Positions 18,556 through 29,829 of a stretch of DNA of 64,000 nt are shown one piece after another. The notes under the pieces are model-generated. The model saw only the letters and a list, made by a program, of their open reading frames with translations, was not told the DNA's origin and made no database searches. Positions within the stretch are counted from its first letter, which is position 1, and every line of letters starts with the position of its first letter. The translations under genes and the position numbers were made by a program. The stretch is from an uncultured delta proteobacterium (GTDB taxonomy: Bacteria; Desulfobacterota; Desulfomonilia; UBA1062), in assembly GCA_963752595.1 (NCBI GenBank), contig CAVVYZ010000016.1, positions 1 through 64,000 of the forward strand. The letters run 5' to 3'.

Positions 18556-18648
18556 ACGGAAATATTACAATAACATGATATTCTTCTTATATCTACTTTT
18601 GAGTATTCGCCATGTACATTTTCCCCGCCGCTCCCATATCGCGTCATT

Positions 18649-18843
18649 TCACCCCACATTATTCAGAAACAGCCTTTGAATCCGCAGGAAGCGGTAGCAG
18701 TAGGTGCAGGTTTCCACATAGCAGGATTCGGGGTTGCCGTGGGAATTGAACAGGCATTGGTCTTCACCGCACTGGATGCAGCCCAGGCATTCCCGGCATT
18801 TGTCAGGGTAGTTCTCTCGATCGTCGTCAGGCTTCGCGGTCAT
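18649..18843 (-). CDS. Small Cys-rich protein
   Basis: 64 aa with CRECLGCIQC...C...C...CTYC, directly downstream of the Stv-like gene. Confidence 0.5.
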   Translation of the reverse strand: MTAKPDDDRENYPDKCRECLGCIQCGEDQCLFNSHGNPESCYVETCTYCYRFLRIQRLFLNNVG

Positions 18844-18884
18844 GGCTCGCGGTGTATCCCGGAGCTGGAGGCGACCATTCCTGA

Positions 18885-19382
18885 TCAGGACCGGCAGAAG
18901 CTGCAGTAGATGTTCTTATAACCCTTCTTCTTGATCGCGCTCTGCTCGAAGATGGATGCCAGCCTGATCTCGGATGAAAACCACCTGTTGCGAGGCGACA
19001 CAATATCGCACCCGCTCGATGTGATCCATTGCTCATACTCCGCGTATGTCTCATAATCGTTCGACCCGCTGCCTGCGTATTTCTGAAGGTGGTAATTGAA
19101 CACTTCCTTCTGGAGCAGCGGGTGGAATCCGCTCGCCTTCATCAGGTCGAACCGGCCCTTGTTTTTCCCTATTATACCTTCAAGGACATCTTCGACCTGG
19201 GTCATGGTGCTCTTCCCGTGTATGGAGCAGAACCAGATCACCGGGTTGCCTACGCCCTTGGGAGGCCATGCGATCTTTTCGTCCGGCCCCGGCTTTCCGC
19301 CGTGGGCTGAAACGATGAGGTTCGTGTTGCCGGGATTGGTAAACAGATACATTGTGCCGCCGCCGAGTGAAATCTTTGCCAT
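18885..19382 (-). CDS. Stv-domain-like ('putative adhesin') protein
   Basis: IVSAHGG, NYHLQKY, DIVSPRNR and YKNIYCSFCRS motifs; GGAGG RBS. Confidence 0.65.
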   Translation of the reverse strand: MAKISLGGGTMYLFTNPGNTNLIVSAHGGKPGPDEKIAWPPKGVGNPVIWFCSIHGKSTMTQVEDVLEGIIGKNKGRFDLMKASGFHPLLQKEVFNYHLQKYAGSGSNDYETYAEYEQWITSSGCDIVSPRNRWFSSEIRLASIFEQSAIKKKGYKNIYCSFCRS

Positions 19383-19432
19383 GCCTTTCCTCCTTGCCTT
19401 CCGGAATATGTCTCACAAAAATCAAGCTGCCC

Positions 19433-19468
19433 AGGCCCCCTCTCCTGCTGAAGGCAGGTGGGGGCTTA
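19433..19468 (-). terminator. Hairpin after tssH
   Basis: aggcccccTctcctgc-tgaag-gcaggtgggggctt inverted repeat. Confidence 0.4.
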
Positions 19469-19485
19469 AGTCGGATTATTCCGAC

Positions 19486-22137
19486 CTATTTAATTTCGAA
19501 CTTGAAGCCCGCTCCGTCGAGCAGGACCTTGACCTTCTTGATCTGCTCGCCCTTTGCCATGCGTGAAAGGATCTCGCGCGACATCTCGGGCAGCAGGGTG
19601 TTGGTCATGATGTGGTCCGCGTTGCGGGCGCCGCTGTCCACCTCGGTGCACCGGCCGGCAATGGCATCCACGATGTCTTCGCCGTAGATTCGAGCACGCA
19701 TTTGCGGTTTTCCATCATGCGTTTCTTGATGCGGTTGAGCTTGAGCCTGACGATGAGCTGCATGATCTTGTCCGTGATGGGGTAATAGGGCACCACCTTC
19801 AGACGCCCCAGGAATGCGGGTTTGAAGTGCTTGAGCAGGTCTGGCCGGAGCATCTCGGCAAGCGCTGACGGGTCGGGCCTGGTCTCCTCGTCGGCGCAGA
19901 CCTTCATGATGAGGTCGGTGCCGAGGTTGGAGGTGAGGATGATGAGCGTGTTCTTGAAGTCGATCTCGCCGGCCCTCGCCGTCTTCCAGCGTGCCCTTGT
20001 CGAAGACCTGGAAGAACAGCTCCATGACATCGGGGTGGGCCTTCTCGACCTCGTCGAGGAGCACCACGCTGTAGGGCCTGCGTGCGCACCGCTTCGGTGA
20101 GCACGCCCGCCCTCGCCGTATCCCACATAGCCCGGGGGCGAGCCTTTGAGGCCGGAAACCGTGTGGGCTTCCTGGTATTCCGACATGTTGATGGTGATCA
20201 CGTTCTCCTCGCCGCCGTAGAGCAGGTCGGAAAGGGCCAGCGCGGTCTCGGTCTTGCCAACGCCGCTCGGGCCGACGAACATGAAGACCGCCGTCGGTTT
20301 GGACGGGTCCTCGATGCCTGCATGGGCGGTCTGGATCATCTGGGCGACTGAGCGCAAGCGCGTGATCCTGGCCGATGATCCGCTCCCCCAGGAGGTTTTC
20401 CATGTTGAGCACGGTCTCGATCTCGTCGGCCAGCATGCGGCCCGTCGGGATGCCGGTCCAGCCCGAGATCACCTCGGAGATGGTCTGGCTGTCCACCGCC
20501 ATCTGCACCAGAGGCTCGTCGCCCTGGATCTTCTGAAATTCCTTTTCCAGGGCTTTCAGGTCTTTCTGCTTCTTTGGCAGGTCCTTGCGTCTTTGGGTCG
20601 GCGGCGTGGAGTTCGTGGATCTCTTTGCGGACCCCGATGATCTTGTCCGCCGTTTCCATTTCCGCCTGCCACTTCTTGTTCAGATCCTCCAGGCGCTTTT
20701 CCGATCTCTTTCTTCTCGTTCTCCAGGGCCTTGACCTTGCTCTGAATGGTCGGTGCCCATGAGCGTCTCTTTTTCCAGGGCTTTAAGCTCGCTTATCGAT
20801 ATGGGCGATCCGCCTGGTGGCCTCTTCCACCGCAGGCGGGCTCGTGGTCAGGCCGATGGCCACCCGGGCGCAGGCGGTGTCGAGCACGCTCACCGCCTTG
20901 TCCGGAAGCTGCCGGCCCGAGATATAGCGGTGGGAGAGCCGCACCGTGTCGTCGAGCGCCTCGTCCGTGATCATGACCTTGTGGTGGTTTTCAAGGAAAG
21001 GGGCGATGGCCCGCATCATGACCAGTGCCTTTTTCTCGTCCGGCTCTTCCACTTTGACCACCTGGAAGCGCCGGGCCAGGGCCGCATCCTTTTCAAAGTA
21101 TTTCTTGTATTCGGCCCAGGTGGTGGCGGCGATGGTGCGAAGCTCGCCGCGGGCCAGGGCCGGTTTGAGCAGGTTCGCCGCATCGCCCTGGCCGGCCGCT
21201 CCGCCTGCGCCGATCAGCGTGTGGGCCTCGTCGATGAAGAGGATGATGGGCACGGGCGATGCCTTGACCTCGTTGATGACGGATTTGAGCCGGTTTTCAA
21301 ACTCGCCCTTGATCCCTGCTCCTGCCTGGAGCAGGCCTAGGTCGAGCGTACCGGATCTCCACGTCCTGCAGAAGCAGGCGGCACGTCGCCCTGGGCGACC
21401 CGCAGGGCAAAGCCTTCCACCACCGCGGTCTTTCCCACGCCTGCCTCGCCGGTCAGGATGGGGTTGTTCTGCCTGCGGCGGATGAGGATATCGACCATCT
21501 GGCGGATTTCGAAATCGCGGCCCAGCACCGGGTCGATCTCGCCGTTCTTTGCCTGCTCGGTGAGGTTGATGGTGAACTGGTCGAGGGCCTTGGTGCCTGC
21601 GGGTTTCGCCTCGCCGGGCGCGCCCGGCTCAGAACCTGCCTGCGCAGCAGCGCCGCTGTCTTCGGCCGAGCCTTTGACGATATCCATCAGGCTTTCCTGC
21701 AGGGTGTCGACCTTGATCTTCTTGAAGGCATCCGATTCGGAAGCGAGCATCCGCGCGGTCTGGTCGTCACGGAGCAGCGCCAGGATGATATGACCCGACC
21801 GGATGACCTGCGCCTGGTAGTCGATGGATGCGAGCATCCATGCCTCCTGGATCATCTTCGGGATCTGCGGCGAGAAGACCGGCGTGCGGGCATTGCCCGT
21901 CTTGAACCCTTCGAGTGCCCGGGCCAGGTCTGCGGTCAGGCGGTCCGGATTGATCTCGAAATGCCTGAGGATCTTGTGAAGGTCCGTATCCTGGAGGTCC
22001 ATGAGCTTGAGCAGGAAGTGCTCGAGGTCCACCTCATAGTGGGTGTGCGACATGCACAGCCCCGCGGCGGATTCCAGTGCGCCCCTGCAGGTCGTGTCGA
22101 GTTTGGCGATGAGGGTCTTCAGATTGTTTACAGCCAT
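19486..22137 (-). CDS. tssH: T6SS ATPase TssH/ClpV (multiple frameshifts)
   Basis: ClpV N-terminus (LKTLIAKLD...HYEVDLEH), [49 protein letters not shown]. Confidence 0.93.
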
Positions 22138-22159
22138 GACGGATGCTCCTTTCATTCAG

Positions 22160-22231
22160 ATAATCCCCGCAGCAAGCTGCCGGGGCACCCCTTCTCCTCT
22201 CCCCTCGCGAGAGGATACAGGAGAGGGGGTA
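22160..22231 (-). repeat. Palindromic repeat, family B
   Basis: - strand ccccctctcctgtatcctctcgcgaggggagaggagaaggggtgCCCCggcagcttgctgcGGGGat. Confidence 0.75.
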
Positions 22232-22332
22232 TTTCAATACTGTTTCGTGCAGCGCCGAAAAAGCCAAAGCACCGCTCTTTGTTACCATATACGGGGTAGC
22301 GCCTTGCCGACTTTTGTCCTGTAGGTGAACAA

Positions 22333-22395
22333 CCCCCCTCTCCCCAGCCCTCTCCCCCGAGGGGGAGAGGGTTGGGTGAGGGGGCGAAATTGACA
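22333..22395 (-). repeat. REP-like palindromic repeat, family A
   Basis: - strand tgtcaatttcgccccctcacccaaccctctccccctcgggggagaggg..., matching 677-740. Confidence 0.75.
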
Positions 22396-22414
22396 TGGCA
22401 ATAGCTCAGATGTT

Positions 22415-23459
22415 TCATGCGCTCGCTGCTTTCCCCTTCATGACGTCTCCCTCCTGGACGGCGAGGAATACGTCCTGTGTGAGGCGGTCCTTGGGCGACG
22501 TGAGCCAGGTGGACCAGCCGAGCTGCTGTTTCTTTGCCCCAAGCTCGCACGGGGGCACGTCCTGCCTTGAGAGGATGACCCGGATGTCGAACCCATAGCC
22601 CATCCCCACCATGTACCTGACCAGTGAGAAGATCGGGCGGAGGAGGTCGCCGGTAGTGGGCAGGAAGCGCTGGAACTCGGCAAAGCTCATGGGCCCCAGG
22701 TGGATGCGGAAGAAGCTCTGGCGGTCTTTGATGCAGGAGCCGCAGATGCTGTCCACGCCCAGCCCTGAATTTCTCGATCCGAGCTGCGTCCGGTCTTCCT
22801 CGCTCAAAGGGAGCGCCTTCTCGACGAACTGCTCCACCTTCACCTGACGTGCCCGAAAGGTACGACACGGTTGCCTCGATGGCTGCAGCGGACGGCGCCT
22901 GACGCGAGAGGAAACCGGTATAGAACGACATGGATTCCTTGGGCAGGCCGATCTTGTCGGCAAGGCCCTTTGTGCCGAGGCCATCCAGGCTCAGCAGGTA
23001 GGATGAGAGCCGGTCGTCTTCGCCGCTCGTGTAGTTTTCGGGCAGGCGGCCCTTCTTCCACGCGAGGTAGAAAAGCGAGATGAGGCGGTGGTGAAAGATG
23101 TCGAAGAACGCGGCGAGCGTATGGTCCTTCTGCCGCCCCCGATCCTCCACCAGGGAGTTGTACCACTGGGGCAGGACTCCGGACGGGCCGATGAGGCCCA
23201 TGAAGGCTACCCCTACCCCGGCAGGCTTGTCCTCGCCCGGCTCCGTAAACGATGCGATATCGCTCGGGGGAAAGGTGAAGCCCGGCTTCACCGAGAAGCG
23301 CACCGGCTCGCGGGAAGGGACAAGGCTCTTGCCCAGGCGCTCCGCCTCCGGATGGAGCGCCTCCAGGAGGCTCACCATCTGGAAGAAGGAGAACTTGTAG
23401 AACTCCTTCGAGAGACGCTCTGTCAGATCAGGACCTGGTTCCCGCTTCGTGGGGGCCAT
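22415..23459 (-). CDS. tssG: T6SS baseplate TssG (frameshift near 22850)
   Basis: FSFFQMVSLLE, FMGLIGPSGVLP, FFDIFHHRLISLFYLAWKK, LGWSTWL. Confidence 0.9.
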
Positions 23460-25232
23460 TTCTTCAATGCCTCTTTCCGCTGGACGGTGCGTGCCTCCAG
23501 CCGGGTGAATGAGTTCACGGATACGTACTGGGCAAGGAACCGCTCGAGGATGGATGCGAACAGGTAGAGGCCGGAGCCCACGTACTTGTCCTCATCGAAC
23601 TCGATGGAAACCTGCACCCCGCGGCAGAAGGTCTGCCCGATGCGCCTGGTGATGTGCTCGGAAGCCACCCTCGCGATCCCCGATATCTGCTGCCTGGTGG
23701 ATGGGCTGTTCTCGAAGTCGTAGAGCTTGAGGATCTCCTTCAGCCCGTCCTCTCCGCCCTCGACGATGGAGAGGTAGTTGAGCGACAGATGCGAGATGAG
23801 CCGCCACTGCAATGACCCTCCCCAGTGCAGGCCTCCTGGTGGGGGTGGGCTTGATGAGCGAGTGTATCTTGGCAACCGGACCGGCGCTCTCCATGTCGAA
23901 ATCCCCGGCAACGTCCCCGAAGGGAAGCCTGGCGGGCAGGTCGCGGTTCGTGCAGGAGGTGTACACGGTGATGACCTCTGTGGAAGGGTCTGCGGGCCGA
24001 AAGTCGATGTCGGCAAACGAGAGGAAGACGTCGCTCCCGTTGTCGCCCTTCTTCTCCGAGGGCCTCCTCTGCATGTGCCAGAAGACCTTCTTTTTCTTCA
24101 TGTCCGTGTCTTCGAGATGATGCCGGACAGAGTAGAACGGACGGTACTCGACCGCTTCCTGTCCTTCGCCGGTTGGGGAAGAGACGACCCGGTCGATCTG
24201 GAAGATCTCGGTGAATGCCTGCCTGCGCATATCCGGGATCACCCGGTACTCGGTCTTCTGCCTGTCGATACGCACCGGCTCTGCGACGCGCTCGAAAATG
24301 TTGATGGCCGGGACTGCGTTGATGCAGAAGGTGTCCTTGTTGACCACAAGGTCCGATTTCGGGACCTTGTCGAGGTAGAAGGTGATGTCGAGGGTGTCTC
24401 CCAGGTCCGGCTTCTTCAGCCTGCCCAGCCCGGCCAGATCGAAGAACAGGAACTTCTCCGGGAAGCAGAAGTATTCGAACAGGAGGATGTATCCCGGGAA
24501 CGAGCGCTGCGGATGAGGCAGCATGGATTCGCTGTCCCCAAATCCCACCGGCAGGATGCTCTGCTGCGGGTCGAGGACGAGCGTCTCCTGCTTTCCCTTT
24601 TTGTCCTGAACCTGGCACTCCACGTGGCAGACATTGTTGAACAGGAGCTCGTAGAGATGGAACACATGCTGGTGAGGGCCGTTGAGATAAAAACGCATCC
24701 TGTCCCAGCCGATCTCGGAGAGGCTCGCGCTGCCATAGGTCTTGAGCTTGATAGTCAGGGCCCTCACTGCGCCCTTTACCTGCTTTGCAGGGTCTTTCAG
24801 CCCTGCGGAGGCAACCTCCACCGGCCAGATCGTGAGAGGATAGGTGGTGGAGAACTGGCAGGCCGTCCCTCCCACCGGCTTGGAGAACAGGGCCGTATCC
24901 CTTGGGATGTGGTAGCCCGTGGGCGGTATGCTCTGTTTTATGGGGTCGAACTTCACGATGGACATGGAGGGGATCGGGTTCAGGTAGTGCGGATAGATGA
25001 TACTCAGCAGGGATTCGGTGATCTCGGGCAGATCATCGTCGAGCTTCTTGTGGATGCGGGCGCACAGGAAGGCAAAGGCCTCGATGATCCGCTCGGTATG
25101 GGGGTCTTCGCACTTGTCGTTTTCGAGCAGGAGGCGGCCTGCGATCTTCGGATACTTTCTCGCGAACTCCGAGCCCAGTTCCCGGATGTAGGTCAGTTCC
25201 CGTTCGTAGTAGTGGAGAAGGTTGTCATCCAT
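23423..25232 (-). CDS. tssF: T6SS baseplate TssF (frameshift near 23820)
   Basis: YYERELTYIRELGSEFARKYPKIAGRL, DPHTERIIEAFAFL, CTNRDLP, WRLISHLSLN, YVSVNSFTRL. Confidence 0.93.
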
Positions 25233-25247
25233 GGGTGGCTCCTCGTT

Positions 25248-25733
25248 CTATTTCGAAATGACGTACTCGCCCCGGTTCACGTCGAAGTAGGTGTCAAAGG
25301 TCACGGGCTCGGTATCGGATTCCAGAACGAGCAGCCCGTTGATGCGGAAATGGACGTTTCCGCCCCTGTCCTCATCCAATTCGATCTGTACGGTTACGCT
25401 GTGCAGCCTGGGTTCAAAGAGCTCGATGGTCTTCATGATATCGGCTTTCAGCTGCTTTTGTGTTGCCGGGCTCCTGGGGTTTTTCGACGTGAAGTCCTTG
25501 ACCCCGTATACGAACAGAGACTTGCCCAGCTCCTGATATTCGGGCTCGATATCGACGATGTGGCGCCTGGTGTTGAGCAGGTTCTCCAGGTCTCTGACCA
25601 CCGAGGCCCTGACCTGCCTGATGGATGCCAGGCGATACTGGACAGGCTCGTACGAGTTCTGAGGCTCCTCGTCGATGAGCCTGTCCAGCACCGATGCCTG
25701 GGTGATCTGCTGGTGCTCCTCCTGGTCTCTCAT
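25248..25733 (-). CDS. tssE: T6SS baseplate TssE (gp25-like)
   Basis: SVLDRLID, VVRDLENLLNTR, YGVKDF, IELFEPRL. Confidence 0.92.
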   Translation of the reverse strand: MRDQEEHQQITQASVLDRLIDEEPQNSYEPVQYRLASIRQVRASVVRDLENLLNTRRHIVDIEPEYQELGKSLFVYGVKDFTSKNPRSPATQKQLKADIMKTIELFEPRLHSVTVQIELDEDRGGNVHFRINGLLVLESDTEPVTFDTYFDVNRGEYVISK

Positions 25734-25749
25734 CCCTTAGAGATAAGGA

Positions 25750-26248
25750 TCAGCTGCCTTTGTTGGCTTTGAGATCCCAGTTCGAAGCGATGTTCCCTTT
25801 GGGCTTGCCGGTGCCGTGGTCGGTCTCGGTGTAGGTCCACTCGATCTTACCATAGTTGAATCCCACTTCCTCCAGGGGCAGGGTCTCGCCGCCGCTGGCG
25901 CTCCCGCCGGGGCTTACCACGCTGACGATGACATCGGAGAGTTTGTATTCCATATACTTCTGCTTGTCGCCGGTGGCGCGGCACAGTTCGATGATAACGC
26001 TCTTGATGTGGCCGCCGTTGCAGCAGGACAGGTTCAGCTTCGGGGATGCCTTATCCAGCGTTTTTACGATGGAAAAATCCCTGTGGTTGACACCGCTCTG
26101 CGGTCGCGGCGCCGCCGCTGCTCCTGGAACCGGTTGCAGCCTGAGACAACCCGTGAGAGAAAGACAGGATCTCGATCCAGTCCTTGTGCTTATCGTCCGT
26201 ACTCTCTCCAGGTATCCCGTCAATCTTCAAAAAAGCATCAAATGCCAT
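25750..26248 (-). CDS. hcp: T6SS tube protein Hcp (frameshift near 26100)
   Basis: DAFLKIDGIPGESTDDKHKDWIEILSFSHG; DFSIVKTLDKASPKL; EEVGFNYGKIEWTY. Confidence 0.93.
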
Positions 26249-26307
26249 GGTAGTATTCCCTCCTTAATCTCCATTTTCTTTTGTTTATAAATCCACGATT
26301 CATATAT

Positions 26308-26347
26308 CCCTTCGGAGCGGCAACCTTTATGCCGCCGCTCCGAAGGG
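26308..26347. other. 14-bp stem hairpin between tssC and hcp
   Basis: cccttcggagcggc...gccgctccgaaggg. Confidence 0.55.
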
Positions 26348-26366
26348 TTTAAGCCCTTAATGAGTA

Positions 26367-27864
26367 TTATCCCTTGGCCGGGGGCGGCAGATCCGCCACC
26401 AGCCGCAAGGAGACGGTGAGCTCATCGAGCTGGTAATGGGGCTTCAGAAACGCCACTGCCCGGTATGCGCCCGGCTTGCCCGGGATCTCGGTGACATCGA
26501 TCCGGGCTTCCCGCAGCGGCAGCTGGCCTTGCTTCCTGGCCGGCATTGTCGTCCAGGAGCACGTAGTTGCTGATCCAGCGGTTCAGGAAATCTTCGGCAT
26601 TCTTCGGGTCATGAAGCTGCCGATCTTGTCCCGCATCATGGACTTCAGGTAATGGGCAAACCGGGATACGGCCAGGATGTACTGCAGCTGCGAGGAAAGC
26701 CTCGCATTGGCAGTTGGCCGCATCGGAGTCGTACACCTTGGGCTTGTTGGCCGTCTGGGTGCTGAAGAATGCCGCATAGTCGGTGCCCTTGCAGTGGACC
26801 AGGGGAATGAAGCCCAGGTCGGCAAACTCTTTTTCCCGCCGGTCGGTGATGGCGATCTCGGTGGGGCATTTCAGCGCCACGTCGCCCTCGTCGGTCTTGA
26901 AGGTATGGACCGGCAGACCCTGCGACCAGGCCGCCGCCTTCGACGCCCCGGATGGCCGCGCACCAGTGGTACTTGGCAAAGGCATCGGTCAGCCGGGCGC
27001 CTAGGGCATAGGCGGCATTGCCCCAGAGATACTTGCTGTGATCCGTGCCGTCCACTTCCTCTTCGAAGTTGAAGGCCTCGACCGGGACATTGGCCTGGCC
27101 GTAGGGGAGCCGCATGAGCATATGGGGCAGGGCCAGCGCCACATAGCGGGAATCCTCGGATTCGCGGAAGGACTTCCACTTGGCGTAATCGACGCTCTGA
27201 GAAGATCTTGGCCAGGTCGCGCGGGACCGCCGAGCTCGGTGAAGCTGTCCAAGTTGAACATCTTGGCGGATGCTGCCGGAGATGAAGGGCGCATGGGCGG
27301 CCGCGGCCACCTGGGAGATCTTTTCCAGCAGGGCCAGATCCTGCGGATGGTTGCTGAATTCGTAGTCGCCGATGAGCGCGCCGTAGGGGGCGCCGCCGAA
27401 CATGCCGAACTCCTCTTCGTAGATCTTCTTGAACAGGGCGGACTGGTCGAACTCGCTGGCCTTTTCCATGTCCTTGAGCAGATCTTTCTTGGAGACATTC
27501 ATGACCCTGATCTTCAAGGTCTCGCCCGGTCTCGCTCTGGTTCACCAGGTAGGCAAGGCCTCTCCACGAAGCCTTCGAGCTTCTGGAAATCGGCGTGGTG
27601 CATGACCTCGTTGAGCTGGTCGGAGATAGCTGGTCGATCTGGGCGATCCGGGCGTTGATCATTGGCCTCCGTGTCTTTGGAAACCATCATGGCGCCTTCC
27701 ATGATCTGGCTGACGAACTCGCTGATGAGGTCCTTGGCCCGTCGCCTTCTGGCTCTCGTCCCGGGCCATGCGGCCTTCCTCGATGATCTTGTCGAGCAGG
27801 CCCTTCCTCCTGCTACCGTCGGCTGGTGCGGACCTGCTTGAGCCTGTTGTTCCTTGTCAGCCAT
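26367..27864 (-). CDS. tssC: T6SS sheath large subunit TssC/VipB (many frameshifts)
   Basis: [70 protein letters not shown]. Confidence 0.93.
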
Positions 27865-27880
27865 GGCGCCTTCCTCCCTC

Positions 27881-28414
27881 TTATTCTTTTCCGGTCGCTT
27901 CCGGTTGGCCACCCGGCTTCTTGTACCCAAGCTTCTCGAGCGACTCGGTGCTGGAGATAACCTCCTGCAGCAGTTCGTCGAGCTTGTCGTTGCCGTCCAG
28001 CTTGCCCAGAAGGTCGGAAAGCTTCTTCCTGGCCTCGACCAGTTTCCGGAGCGGCTCTGATCTGCTCGGCCAACCTTCTCCGGATGGAAATCGTCCAGGG
28101 ACTTGAACTTGCAGCTCCACCGCCAGCTTGGTAGTCGTCGTTCGTGAGCTTGTTGTCGACCTTGAAGGCCAGCCTGGGCTTCATCCCCTCGAGCACCTTG
28201 TTGAAGTTGTCGCGGTCGATCTCGACGAACTTCCGGTCCTTCAGCTTGGGAAGCGGCTCATCCGGGCTTGCCCGACAGATCGCCCAGCACGCCGACGACA
28301 AAGGGGATCTCCTTCATCTCGATGGCGTCCGCCGATCTCCACGTCATAGGTGATCTGGACCCGGGGGGACCGCACCCTGTCCAACTTATGCTGTGTGCTT
28401 TCCTTCTTGGCCAT
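27881..28414 (-). CDS. tssB: T6SS sheath small subunit TssB/VipA (frameshifts)
   Basis: MAKKESTQHKLDRVRSPRVQITYDV, LKDRKFVEIDRDNF, PLRKLVEARKKLSDLLGKLDGN. Confidence 0.92.
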
Positions 28415-28443
28415 ACCATATCCTCCTTTTTACCTTCGCGGCC

Positions 28444-29796
28444 TTAGCCTTTATAAACAAAAGCCTTCGTTATGTCCTGGTTGCACAGTTTCTGGAAAAG
28501 CTCGTTCTTTGCCTTGTACTTGTCCTCGTCGGAGGCCTCGTCCGCAGTGAGGCACTGATAATATGCATCGATGACCTCGGCGATCCACGTGGGGGACTCC
28601 CACTTTTCGAGGCTCAGCTCTCCGATGAGCGTATACAGCTGTTCGATGACCGGCCTGGCGAGATCGTGCCGGTTGACCTTGAGGCAGAGCTTCGCGATGA
28701 GGAGCCGGTAGCGGTTCTGCTGCCTTACTGACGGCGCGCTGCTCACCGCAGCAGTCAATTGTTCGAGTGCCTGTCTGATCCCGGATTGGTTGACTGTCTG
28801 GAGCGCGGCTTCCCACAATGCGTCTTCGATCCCTGCACCATCCTGGACAAAGAATGCCGGGACAGCGCCGGGGCTCAAAGACGGTGATCCCTGCGCCGCT
28901 ACGGCCTGACCTGCAGCCGGGTACTCAGTTCCGGATACTCCGCCGGCAGATGCTGCCGCCTTCGTCTGGGCATCTTTCATGGGCACCTCCCTTTTGTCGG
29001 GCTCCTGCACCCGCCTGTCTTTCAGGATCCGGGAAATGAGCTGCTCGCAGTCCTGGATGGCTGCACGCATCTCCGAGAGCCTGGGTGCCTCTTTGCCGAA
29101 CTTCTCGTCCACGAGGCCGTCCATCTTGTCGAACTCGGCGAGGCAGGTGTTTAAGCAGCCTTCGACCTTTTCGTAGAATGCCTTGGATGTGGCAGCGACT
29201 GCGGCATCGAACTCCTCAGCCGGGATCTTGCCTTCTGCGATAAGGTCTTCCCGTGCCCGGCGTTTCTTTTCATCGACGTCGCCGAACTGGTTGAGGATGT
29301 CTTTCTCGGTGCCCACCTTGCGGGAATCCTGCCAGGAAAGCCAGGAGTAGCCGGGGGTTTTAGCCGGATCGGTAAGAGGGATGTCCTTTAAGGCGGACCA
29401 TAGCTTGTCGTTCAGGAACTCGAAAGGCCCGGCCCGGAACTCCATGTCGCCGTCTTCTATCAGGGGATAAACCGTATCCCAGTACTGATCGAGGAGACCG
29501 TTGATAATGACGAGACCTGTGTTCAAACCCTCGAAGCCTTTTGTTTTCACCAGGGCCTCGGTCAGCCATGCAGCGATCTGGAGGTCTTTGGTCCTGGTGG
29601 TGAGTGCATCGACTGAGGTCTTGATGACCGCGGCCCAGTCCGACGTCTTGATCTCGCGCTCCCAGTCGCCGCGGGCGAGCATGTCGTCCGCTTTCCTCGC
29701 CTCCTTGATGGTGTCGTAGACGGGCGTATAGCGCAAGTCTTCGCCGGCCGGATTTTCTCCCGGGATAGGTGCCGTACATGCCTGGATATCGATCAT
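28444..29796 (-). CDS. tssA: T6SS TssA (ImpA N-terminal domain)
   Basis: PIPGENPAGEDLRY...IKEARKADD...DWAAV...TKDLQIAAWLTEA; C-terminal LEKWE motif. Confidence 0.9.
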   Translation of the reverse strand: MIDIQACTAPIPGENPAGEDLRYTPVYDTIKEARKADDMLARGDWEREIKTSDWAAVIKTSVDALTTRTKDLQIAAWLTEALVKTKGFEGLNTGLVIINGLLDQYWDTVYPLIEDGDMEFRAGPFEFLNDKLWSALKDIPLTDPAKTPGYSWLSWQDSRKVGTEKDILNQFGDVDEKKRRAREDLIAEGKIPAEEFDAAVAATSKAFYEKVEGCLNTCLAEFDKMDGLVDEKFGKEAPRLSEMRAAIQDCEQLISRILKDRRVQEPDKREVPMKDAQTKAAASAGGVSGTEYPAAGQAVAAQGSPSLSPGAVPAFFVQDGAGIEDALWEAALQTVNQSGIRQALEQLTAAVSSAPSVRQQNRYRLLIAKLCLKVNRHDLARPVIEQLYTLIGELSLEKWESPTWIAEVIDAYYQCLTADEASDEDKYKAKNELFQKLCNQDITKAFVYKG

Positions 29797-29829
29797 ACTG
29801 TAACTTGGCCTCCCATCGGTAAAAATTCT

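Noticed and set aside
14000-19400. Integron integrase (intI) or an intron-encoded reverse transcriptase
   Set aside because: No ORF with tyrosine-recombinase (R-H-R-Y) or RT (YADD) motifs anywhere in the window.
19486-28414. Programmed frameshifting or true pseudogenes in T6SS genes
   Set aside because: The same indel pattern affects thrS and ribF, and no consistent slippery sites are seen, so assembly error is more likely.
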